Origin: Candidatus Bathyarchaeota archaeon | GTDB taxonomy: Archaea; Thermoproteota; Bathyarchaeia; Bathyarchaeales; Bathycorpusculaceae | DNA: 64,000 bases | Assembly: GCA_963767735.1 (NCBI GenBank) | Contig: CAVYES010000007.1 | Span: 128,001 to 192,000 of the forward strand | Direction of reading: 5' to 3' | Shown: positions 9,577 through 18,394 of the stretch, piece by piece | Position numbering within the stretch: the first letter of the stretch is position 1 | How the letters are laid out: every line of letters starts with the position of its first letter | Notes under the pieces: generated by a model | Seen by the model: the letters and a program-made list of their open reading frames with translations, nothing else | Told to the model about the DNA's origin: nothing | Database searches by the model: none | Translations under genes and position numbers: made by a program

Positions 9577-10689
9577 GCGCGCTGGCTTGTCCCTTAATTA
9601 AGTCAACGTTTATTTTTGAGTTGGGGCCTCGTTTCAAATGAGTTACGTCCAAGCTTAGGAGGTGACCCCAAGCGGGACAAGATGAACACGAGACCCTAGA
9701 AACCCTCTTCAGAAACGTAGACTTAAGTTTTGCTAAAGCAGCCTTACTCGACTGCTTCCATTCCGATGGTCCAGGAAGACCCCCCAGAAACCCAATGGGA
9801 CTTTTCAGAACCTTCATCGTTATGCGCATGAAGGGCGTTCGCAGCCTAAGAGAAATGACCAGACTACTCGACGCAGACCCAAGACTTAGACGATTGTGCC
9901 TCATCAAACCAGCCGAAAAAGGTTACCCACGAAGCGTTCTCAGCAGGTTCATCCGCAAAGTCGGAGAAATCCGCCTCATTAACATAATAGACGAGAAAGT
10001 TGTTAAGCTCTCGAAACACAGCAGTGCAAGAGACGTTGATTCCATTTTTGATGCTTCCTTTATAGATGCGTGGAGTACACGTGATCCACTGGACAACCAG
10101 ACTGGCTATTCAGACAAGGAAGCCAGAGTCGGACGCGCAGGCAGATCATTCGGACTCGGCTACAAGCTGCACTTAGCTATCGATTCTGCGACTATGCTTC
10201 CTTTAGCCTGCATTTTTGCTTCGGCTAATCAGAACGAGCAGAAACACTCATTGAACCTGCTGGAGAAGACCAAGCTGATTCTCAAGCAGTCTGAGGCTAA
10301 ATTGAGAAGTGTGATAGCTGACAGCCAGTACAGCGACGGCAAACTCAGAGACGCTGTTGAACGCTGCGGTGATACCGTATCGTTCAAACCAGAAACTGGA
10401 CGTTAAGGGCTTGCTGAGAGTGGACAAGAAGTTTCGAGCCTATGGACCGGAAGAACAGAAGAAGGAGTACCACAAAAGACCTCATGTAGAGGCAGTCTAC
10501 AGCTTCCTAAAGACACAGTACAGCCTAACCGTCAATAAAGTAAGAGGCTTAGGCAACGTAGCTTCATATGCGCTCTTTAGCATTCTATGCTTAGTTCTGA
10601 ACCGAGAGGCGGCAGAAAACTTCGGAAGATACGATAAAGCAGTCTCACCAACATACTTCAACACGTAATATCGGGACAAGGCAGCGCGC
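9577..10689 (+). mobile_element. Insertion sequence (IS5/IS4-like DDE) with 17-bp terminal inverted repeats
   Basis: GCGCGCTGGCTTGTCCC (9577-9593) vs reverse complement of GGGACAAGGCAGCGCGC (10673-10689), 16/17 match, flanking a transposase. Confidence 0.88.
9795..10668 (+). pseudogene. DDE transposase, frameshifted near 10360 (frame also open upstream of 9795)
   Basis: IFDAS, FGLGYKLHLAID, IADSQY, then YHKRPHVEAVYSFLK in the second frame. Confidence 0.85.
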
Positions 10690-10751
10690 TTAGAAGAGCT
10701 TTGTTTCAAAACTCAATTTTGATTGAAACGGAAAAAAAATAAAAAGGGAAG

Positions 10752-11636
10752 CTATTTTCTTATTGTTCTCTTTTTGACAAATGCCATTGACAGTAATAGT
10801 ACTGCTGCAAACAGTGGAAGAATTATCAAAGTTGTAAACTCAGGGACGGTGGGTGTGGATGATGGCGTTGGTGCATTTGATGTGGTTAAGGGCGTAGGGG
10901 TAGCTGTTGGAGCTGGGGTAGGTGTTGAAGATGCTGATGAAGTCGTTGAGCCTGTTGCGTAATTGCTGATATAATTATCCGATATAGCGATTAGCGAATA
11001 ACTGGCGTACTGTGACAGCTGTGTTTCGTCATAAGGCGAAAATACGAATGATGATGTACTGCCTGATAGAATGTCGGGTGTGGTAGGATATCCTGACGCA
11101 GTATCAACGACTTTTCCGCTTGAATCATAGAAAGTTGCATAAATTGCTGTAGCGGTTGCCGTTGCTGACCCTGTGTTTTGAATTTGACCCTGAACTTCAA
11201 AGATGCCTCCTAAATTTGCATTTGTGGTTGTGTTACTATTTGTGATTTCTAAGTCTTGCGGAATTGAGGCGCTAACTGATGATTTTACCACTAAAGAGTA
11301 AGTGCTAATTTGTGGAACTATAGTTGATGTTGTTTCTGAAATTTCGAATGGTGATTTGCCGTTGGGGCTGAGGGTTGCAAGAAAAGCAGATTGAGTTATT
11401 GTATCAAGAACGTTGCCGTGTGCATCACTGAGGGTTGCTGTTATTAGTACGTATGCCCAGGCAGAGCCTGTATTCTGCACTTCGCCAACTATGTTGTAAT
11501 TTCCGCTTGAATCAGTGTAGCTGCTACTTGATACTACTGTAACGCTGTCAGCTTTAACAAGATTGAGACCTGCCATACAAATCATTGATGTCAAAAGCAA
11601 TAACGAAACGAATGCAATCAATATTTTTTTATTCAT
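10752..11636 (-). CDS. Secreted protein with two FxLYD-like domains and PEF-CTERM-type tail
   Basis: Signal peptide, two GEVQNTG/GQIQNTG...ATFYD repeats, PT linker, VPEF + TM helix + basic tail. Confidence 0.85.
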   Translation of the reverse strand: MNKKILIAFVSLLLLTSMICMAGLNLVKADSVTVVSSSSYTDSSGNYNIVGEVQNTGSAWAYVLITATLSDAHGNVLDTITQSAFLATLSPNGKSPFEISETTSTIVPQISTYSLVVKSSVSASIPQDLEITNSNTTTNANLGGIFEVQGQIQNTGSATATATAIYATFYDSSGKVVDTASGYPTTPDILSGSTSSFVFSPYDETQLSQYASYSLIAISDNYISNYATGSTTSSASSTPTPAPTATPTPLTTSNAPTPSSTPTVPEFTTLIILPLFAAVLLLSMAFVKKRTIRK

Positions 11637-11670
11637 GTGGATTTCTCCTTATGTGTATTTTTGCCTTATG

Positions 11671-11713
11671 TGTAGGAGTGCTCTTATAAGACTAGTTAGG
11701 TAGTGCTCCTACA
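11671..11713. promoter_or_regulatory. Inverted repeat around a TATA element between divergent genes (candidate TrmB operator)
   Basis: TGTAGGAG(11671) ... CTTATAAG ... CTCCTACA(11713). Confidence 0.45.
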
Positions 11714-11783
11714 TACAAAATCGAAAAACTTAAACTACGCTCGTAACACAATCTAATCAGATTATGGTTTCAAATTCGGGTCG

Positions 11784-12602
11784 ATGCATTTGGAAGAACC
11801 AATTGATACTCTTACAGGTCTCGGGCTAACAGTTGTTCAAGCCAAAGTTTACGTGGCACTTGTAAAACACGGTCCATTATGCGTTAGAGAAATCTCAGTT
11901 ACTTCAAAAGTTCCCCGAACTGACCTTTATAGAATATTAGAAGAGCTTGGAAAAAAAGGTTTGACGGAAAGAGATATTGCAACCCCAATCAAATTCAAAG
12001 CAACCCCTTTAGTTGATTGCGTCAATATGTTGCTTCAAGGTAGACGAGAGGAAAGCCTTGAACTTGAAAAAAAAGCCTTTAAATTACAACAAGACCAGCA
12101 AGTGGTAACAAACAATGAATCTCCCCTAAAAGGGAAAACGAAGTTTATACTAGTCCCAAGCGGCAGAGTGATGGAGAAAATGGCAAACAATATTGATAGC
12201 TCTCAAGAAAGCCTCGATGTCGTCCTCTCATACAAACGATTCTCACATGTTGTATTCACCTATATTGAGAAGATTCAGGAGGCTCTATCAAGAGGTGTAG
12301 AATGTAGATTTGTGGTTGAAAAAGATGAAAAAGAACAACTTTCTATGAAATACACGGAGCTCTGTGGAAAAAACACTTCTTGCAGAGTCAAAAGTGTTGC
12401 TGCTATGCCTCAAACGATATTCGCTATATTCGATAAAAAATCAATTTTTATCATTGAGAATTTGCCTTCCAGCTCAGAGGAGGTATCCTCTTTGTGGTCA
12501 AACAACTCTAGCTTAGTTGCATTGGCAAGTGACCATTTTGAAGTACTATGGGAAAGATCCATGAAAGTTAAAAACAAGAAAAGTCCTGATGAAAATGTCT
12601 AG
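11784..12602 (+). CDS. TrmB-family transcriptional regulator
   Basis: LGLT..QAKVYVAL...VPRTDLYRILEEL..KGL wHTH plus C-terminal effector domain. Confidence 0.88.
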   Translation: MHLEEPIDTLTGLGLTVVQAKVYVALVKHGPLCVREISVTSKVPRTDLYRILEELGKKGLTERDIATPIKFKATPLVDCVNMLLQGRREESLELEKKAFKLQQDQQVVTNNESPLKGKTKFILVPSGRVMEKMANNIDSSQESLDVVLSYKRFSHVVFTYIEKIQEALSRGVECRFVVEKDEKEQLSMKYTELCGKNTSCRVKSVAAMPQTIFAIFDKKSIFIIENLPSSSEEVSSLWSNNSSLVALASDHFEVLWERSMKVKNKKSPDENV

Positions 12603-12857
12603 TTAGCTAGCTGTTTAAGAACTGAATAAACCGCCAACCAATTTGAAATTAAAATCATAACGAAGGCTTGTTACATTGGGGTTTTTAATTGAATTATCCT
12701 AAAAAGCCTTCAGCTCCAGATTTGATTTTACCTGGATATAATTTCGTGATTCTGGAGCTAACAAAGTCTGAAGCTTGTGGATAGCGTGGAAGAGGCACAT
12801 GCCTCTTTTCCATCTATGTGCGCGTTTGGGTTCAAGTTCAGCTCGGCTTGACCGTTT

Positions 12858-12985
12858 CGTTGATGCTCATTTTTATAAGCCAGTTTGCCACTGGAAGAGC
12901 AGGTAATTAGCATGCAAACCACTTCCTTAAACCCTAAACGGGGAAGGGAATCGCACCTCAACTCAAGAGCCCATCCCCAGCTCCA
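12858..12985 (+). repeat. att-proximal repeat, copy 2, ending in a perfect 16-bp tRNA-Cys 3' end
   Basis: CCCATCCCCAGCTCCA at 12970-12985 equals 5367-5382. Confidence 0.9.
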
Positions 12986-13110
12986 ATGTCTTCACCCAGA
13001 GAGGTTCAACTCCTACTTAGACAGCACATCAGGGAATGCACTTTTAAGACATTCATTAAGAGAATTCGAGGATTGAGCCATCTACAGCGGCAACGGTCTA
13101 TACAACTTTT

Positions 13111-13542
13111 TTAACCGAATTTCTTACAGTGAATCTGATTTATTCGGCTTTCAATTTTCTGTGATTTGCTGATCAAGGAAACGCGCCGCCTTGTCCCGAT
13201 ATTATGTGTTGAAGAAAGTAGATGAGACTCTTTGTCGTGTCTGCCGATGTTTTCTGCGGTTTGGTATGGGTCTGAGATGGATCCAAAACAGACTGGTTCT
13301 CTCGGTTTGCCTTTGGCTATTCTATTTTGAAGTTCTTTCTTGAGTATTTCTGGAGCGTTTATTTTTACTTTTATCTCATCTCGTTTGCAGTACCATTTGG
13401 CGTAGCAGTAAGCACAATCGTAAAGGCATCCTACATAAGCGTTGGCTGTGAGCCTAGGGGGAAAAATTAAAAAAATTAAAGGATATTGGTCTACCGATAC
13501 CAGAATTGTTTTGCAGGTCAATTCTTTTATTTCTTTTTCCAT
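13111..13542 (-). pseudogene. Truncated SPL-like radical SAM protein
   Basis: CLYDCAYCY motif and GSISDPYQ; similarity stops right after. Confidence 0.75.
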
Positions 13543-13836
13543 GAAATTTCAATTATGAAGCTAGTAAAAAATCTATTGAAAGATTAACTCTATTTGGCAG
13601 ATTTTGACAATTTAGCCGTAAATTAACCGTAATGAGACGTTTTGTCTTTCAGGTTGCTTTAATTTCTGCCTCTTTTGAGTCACATATTGAAGGATAAGTG
13701 TTTCGCCCACCGCAAAATTAACAATAAGTAAATTTGTGCAGACCCCCGAGCGTACTGCTATTTGATGCAAAAAACCGAAATCTCATTCTGCTTGGTTTCG
13801 GGAAGTTAGAATAAAGTCTCTATCGCGTAAATAAGG

Positions 13837-14109
13837 CTAATGTGAGCGTATCTTTTTTTTGGCACTAATTAACTTAAGATTATACCTGATTATGAACACT
13901 AATACGGGTAAGACTATGAATAAAATAGTCGCAATTACAATTTCTAAAGATTGTATAAAATTTACGTTGTGGTTTGAGTCAAAAATCAAATAAAAAACTA
14001 TTCCAAAACTAATTAACCAAATTAAGAACAACGCAATCATTTTGCTTTTTTTTCTTACATTCTTCATTAACATGTTTAGTTTATTTCTATGCCGTTGCAG
14101 ATTTAACAC
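13837..14109 (-). CDS. Small two-TM membrane protein
   Basis: Two hydrophobic segments; very AT-rich. Confidence 0.45.
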   Translation of the reverse strand: MLNLQRHRNKLNMLMKNVRKKSKMIALFLIWLISFGIVFYLIFDSNHNVNFIQSLEIVIATILFIVLPVLVFIIRYNLKLISAKKKIRSH

Positions 14110-14230
14110 TTTTCGTGCTTTTTAAAAAAGACAAAAAAAGCAAAAGGTTGATTTGAAAAAACTGTTGTAGCTTATTGCAGTCACATATCATTATTAGCTA
14201 TAGCTAGTTTAGGGAACACAGGTAAGCATT

Positions 14231-14527
14231 ATGCAATTTCTTGTAACATTTACAGTGAGAGAATCAATTCTGTTGTCGGAAATAACCAGTGTACAAAATA
14301 GGATTGGGGAAACGGTACAAAAAATACTGAAAACAGGAAAAGTCAAAGAGTCAGGACTCCTTATTGATGACCGTAAAGGGTTCTTCATAATCGAGTCGGA
14401 TTCAGCCGAAGGGCTATGGAAGTGGTTAGCTCCCTTCTACGACGTTGCCAAACTAGACATACAGCCAATAGTATCGTTCGAGATTCTACCCAAAATCTTT
14501 GAGGAACTACAAAAACTCCACTACTAG
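14231..14527 (+). CDS. DUF3303-like ferredoxin-fold protein
   Basis: MQFLV...GFFIIESDSAE...IQPIV pattern. Confidence 0.55.
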   Translation: MQFLVTFTVRESILLSEITSVQNRIGETVQKILKTGKVKESGLLIDDRKGFFIIESDSAEGLWKWLAPFYDVAKLDIQPIVSFEILPKIFEELQKLHY

Positions 14528-14560
14528 AAGCATATGGAAATGCAGCGGTAGACTGAAATT

Positions 14561-14797
14561 ATGAACAAAATCTATCTATTGTTAGTTATAGATGACTGTA
14601 GAGACATTGACCTTGAAGAGTATTCCAAAACAGGGCATGTACACCGTATTAAAGGACCCATAAAAGGCTGGATATTAAATGAGGAAATAGGAATTGACAC
14701 TATTAGCGGTTTCAAATTGACCGAAGAAGAAGCTAAAAGTTGGGCAGTGGAAAGATGCAAACTTGGCGAAGAATTAACCCGACAAACCCGTTTCTGA
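14561..14797 (+). CDS. Hypothetical protein
   Basis: 78-aa ORF downstream of previous gene. Confidence 0.5.
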   Translation: MNKIYLLLVIDDCRDIDLEEYSKTGHVHRIKGPIKGWILNEEIGIDTISGFKLTEEEAKSWAVERCKLGEELTRQTRF

Positions 14798-15249
14798 AAA
14801 AATTGTTCCTTTTGAAAAACTAATCTATATTGACCATCAAACCGTTCTGGTTGAACCTGACAGATGGGAAAAACATGTTAAATTCAAAGGATACAGAAGA
14901 GAAGATTGTGAACTGCCTGTGTTTGGCTATATAGAACTACTTGAACGGCCAGAAAAACAATGAACAAAGACAATAGAACATAATCCCGTTCTTCTTGTTG
15001 CGATTTCCAATAGCAAGTTTCTGAGTTCTGAGTAAAAAGAATAGAAGGATGTCACAACATATTGGGCACTCAAGTGGAAGCTTTTGCAGATAGATTTGTT
15101 CAACTCTGCATGTGGAAGCAAAAAAATTGCACATGTAATAATTTAAACTAAAATTTAAACGAATACCTTGTCAAACCCTAAACCAAAAAAGCAACTTAGA
15201 ACGGCTTGTTTAAAATTTGCCGCAAAACTACGCAGAACGCCGCTTCAAT

Positions 15250-15320
15250 AATCCACACAATTCCGGCACAAATCAGCACAAATCCGCACAATTCGGCACA
15301 AATCCGCACAAAAATGCACA
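15250..15320 (+). repeat. Tandem 10-bp repeat array (consensus AATCCGCACA, about 7 units)
   Basis: aatccacaca attccggcaca aatcagcaca aatccgcaca attcggcaca aatccgcaca aaaatgcaca. Confidence 0.9.
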
Positions 15321-15711
15321 CAATCTGCAAACAAAACCAAGCCTAAATTAAAAAAGCAACCCAAAACAGCCTGAACAAAAATTTGCGACACAACAACTGT
15401 ATTCTGCACAAACGACAACCACACCAAAAATTAGAGACAGAGCAGCGCGCTTTGTTTATTGTTTTCGTGTGCCTCAGAATTCGTATAACTGACATCATCA
15501 AATAGGACTACCAATCCTTTCTCCGACTGACGTGTTTATCTTCATAGGCAACACGCTCTAATGCGGGCTGTTAAATAAAAATAATCGCGCTCGTTGCGCC
15601 ACAAAAGGATAAGAAATGGTAACAGAGAACAATCTATGCCGAATTTGTGTTCTCATTGCAACTTTCTTTAGGCTAAAATAAAAAAAAGGAAATACGGGTG
15701 AAATCTCTTTC

Positions 15712-15740
15712 TATGTGAGGTTCAATTCCCAGCCCCAGCT
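15712..15740 (+). repeat. Degenerate tRNA-Cys 3' fragment (old att site)
   Basis: GGTTCAATTCCCAGCCCCAGCT vs tRNA GGTTCAATTCCCATCCCCAGCT, one mismatch in 22. Confidence 0.8.
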
Positions 15741-15915
15741 TTTCGGTACACAGTTGGAACTTTTGGATAAATCCCTATCTTTGAACGATTAACGGATAAG
15801 ATTATACGCGTTTTCTAAATGGCTGTTTTCTGGATTCACATTTTTACGATTTTAGGAGCTTTTTGGCATATGTATATTAATTTATACTAATCTGTTATAC
15901 GAGAATTGAGGGCAG

Positions 15916-16218
15916 ATGATCAGGCAGAGAGCATCAATCAAAAAATGGGCTTGGCGTTACATAAAATATAATATTATAGGCTTAACGGTATTCGCAATAA
16001 ACATTGTTATTTATGTGATTATCTTCCCTTTTTTAGGAGAATGGTCCTATATTCTCGTTAGCGTGGCTGGCGGAATTATGGAGTTTGCATTGATAACCTA
16101 CGTTAACAAAACCAAAAAAGGAGTAATATTTGACAGCTGCACTCCAATTGATAACAAATCAAACGACAAACAATCGTCTCCTGTAACGAATACTTACCAG
16201 ACACATAGATTAAACTGA
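15916..16218 (+). CDS. GtrA-like small membrane protein, paralog 1
   Basis: RYIKYNIIGL..F motif, two TM helices. Confidence 0.6.
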   Translation: MIRQRASIKKWAWRYIKYNIIGLTVFAINIVIYVIIFPFLGEWSYILVSVAGGIMEFALITYVNKTKKGVIFDSCTPIDNKSNDKQSSPVTNTYQTHRLN

Positions 16219-16450
16219 ATCAGTTAGAGAACTAATCGAGAAAGTCGGGAAGAAAAGTTTTAGACAGCTACCCCAGAAAGTGATTATGCCCATATCGGAC
16301 AAGTTAGCTTATCGTACTTGAGTTTCTGTAGATATAGAGTTTGGCCTTTTCGCTCGTTTTGACGTTTTGGAGTAAAAAAAGTAACATTGTTGATTGCTTA
16401 AATATGTGCAATGATTCTAAATATTATAAACAAGTTTTGAGCATGATAAC

Positions 16451-16729
16451 ATGGACACTGGAAAGAAGAGTTTTGGAAGAACAGCATTGGATTGGATTTT
16501 ACGCTTCATCAAATTCAATATTATTGGATTTATCGTTTTCCTCATCGGAACCGGCATCTTCGCGCTTACTTTCGGCACGTTTGGGGCTTGGGCATGGGTA
16601 ATCGCAAGCGGCTCAGGAGGCATATTACAGTTTATCTTAATCAGTTTCTTAAACAAAACAAAGATAGGAAAAATATTTGAAAGTTGCGATAATAAAAACA
16701 GACATGAAAACGAAGACAAAAGTAAATAA
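16451..16729 (+). CDS. GtrA-like small membrane protein, paralog 2
   Basis: RFIKFNIIGF..F; shares GGI..F.LI...NKTK.G.IF.SC with paralog 1. Confidence 0.6.
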   Translation: MDTGKKSFGRTALDWILRFIKFNIIGFIVFLIGTGIFALTFGTFGAWAWVIASGSGGILQFILISFLNKTKIGKIFESCDNKNRHENEDKSK

Positions 16730-17105
16730 AAACGAATTCTTGCGAAGAAAAGAGTTTTTCAGTCGAAGTAGAATGGTCCCGTGAAGCTTTAATCTTATAA
16801 AAATCGGCTCTGCGCGTTTAAGATCATCGAAAGCAACTATCAAGAGAACATCCGTAAATCGTTTAACGCTGTTCCGAAAAAAGGCAAAAAAATAATGGCT
16901 CGAGGGCAGCAACTGAGCTTAACCGATTGGGATGCTTCACATCCTTGCTTTTCCGCAAAGACCCCTCCTCGCCAACTTGTTTTGCCCAAAGTAAATTTTT
17001 TCGATTTTTCTATTCTATCTTTCTTCGAGAAAAATCAGGTATCTGACAAAAAAGTAATAAAGCTTAAACAACCGAGTTATTTCATTCTTAAAGGGGGAAA
17101 ACTGG

Positions 17106-18383
17106 TTGAAGTTAATCTATGTTGCAATAGACGGCATGGGAGATTTACCAATCAAAAGTTTAGGAAACAAAACACCTCTTGAGGCAGCTGAAACCCCAAA
17201 CATGGATGCTCTTGCCAGAGGGGGAAAAACTGGGTTAATGTACTCAGTGAAGAAGGGTGTTGCGCCGGAGAGTGACGTTGCTGTTATTTCACTTTTAGGT
17301 TATGACCCATTCAAGTATAGCACTGGCAGAGGCGTTATCGAGGTCGCTGGCTCAGGTTTAGAAATGAAAGATGGCGATTTAGCGTTAAGGTGCAACTTTG
17401 CAACTTTAGGTCAAGGAAAAAACATAATTGACCGCCGAGTAGCAAGAACACTAACCACTGAAGAAGCCACTGAGCTAAGCAAGGCAGCTAACGAAAAGGT
17501 TAAGCTTGAATCGTACCCTACCACCTTTGAGTTCAAAAACACGTTGGGGCACAGGGCAGTTCTATTAATAAAGAGCAGGGGAAAGCCTCTTTCAAGCAAC
17601 ATAACCAACAGCGACCCAGCCTACACAATAGTTAACGGCATCGGCGTGGCGCAAGCTAACGTTGAAATGGTGCTGAAAACCTGCGAACCAACAGACAAAA
17701 CAGAAAAAGCCAAAGTTTCTGCGGCACTGGTTAACGAGTTCATTGAGAAAACTCATAAACTGTGGGAAAATCACCCCGTAAACATAAAGCGTGCGGCTGA
17801 GGGCAAACTTAAGGCAAATGTTGTTTTGACTCGAGATGCAGGGCACCTTCTCCCAAAATTCTTCAACATAAACCAGCACTACCACGTTAACTTCGCGGCT
17901 CTGGCAGATATGCATGCTGAACGGGGCATCGCGCAGTTGGCAGGCATGGACTCCAAGCTTTTGCCGCCGCCTTCAGGCAACCTTCGAAAAGACTGCGAAG
18001 TAAGAGTCAAAGCTCTGCTAGATGTGCTGCCCAACCATGATTGTTTCTACATTCACCTTAAAGGTCCAGATGAACCCGGACACGACGGAAACTGCACCGC
18101 CAAAACGCAGATTATCTCAGCAATCGACAAATACTTCTTTGGACCATTGCTAAAACAGATTTCTCTAAAAGACAACATCATCTGCATAACGGCCGACCAC
18201 GCTACGCCTTGCTCATTAAAAGTGCACAGCGACACACCAGTCCCCGTATTAATTTCAGGCGACAGGATAGACGACGGCAAAGCTGTAAAGTTCTCAGAGA
18301 AAGAATGCGCGAAAGGAAGCTTAGGCATAATTGAGCGTGGCTGCGAATTAATGCCAAAACTCATGAAGCTAATAAAGGAATAA
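17106..18383 (+). CDS. apgM: 2,3-bisphosphoglycerate-independent phosphoglycerate mutase (archaeal type)
   Basis: IDGMGD, KTPLEAAETPNMD, PESD, HLKGPDEPGHDG, TADHATP. Confidence 0.93.
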   Translation: MKLIYVAIDGMGDLPIKSLGNKTPLEAAETPNMDALARGGKTGLMYSVKKGVAPESDVAVISLLGYDPFKYSTGRGVIEVAGSGLEMKDGDLALRCNFATLGQGKNIIDRRVARTLTTEEATELSKAANEKVKLESYPTTFEFKNTLGHRAVLLIKSRGKPLSSNITNSDPAYTIVNGIGVAQANVEMVLKTCEPTDKTEKAKVSAALVNEFIEKTHKLWENHPVNIKRAAEGKLKANVVLTRDAGHLLPKFFNINQHYHVNFAALADMHAERGIAQLAGMDSKLLPPPSGNLRKDCEVRVKALLDVLPNHDCFYIHLKGPDEPGHDGNCTAKTQIISAIDKYFFGPLLKQISLKDNIICITADHATPCSLKVHSDTPVPVLISGDRIDDGKAVKFSEKECAKGSLGIIERGCELMPKLMKLIKE

Positions 18384-18394
18384 ATCTGCAAAAA

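Larger units (their letters stand above)
5367..15740. mobile_element. Composite genomic island at tRNA-Cys (tandem decayed integrative elements)
   Basis: tRNA 3'-end copies at 8025-8035, 12970-12985 and 15712-15740; integrase remnant, IS, pseudogenes. Confidence 0.7.

Noticed and set aside
13000-13015. GGTTCAACTCC as another tRNA fragment
   Set aside because: No T-stem or acceptor match; too short.
15250-15320. Possible CRISPR array
   Set aside because: Units are 10 bp with no spacers; no cas genes or repeat-spacer pattern were seen in the window.
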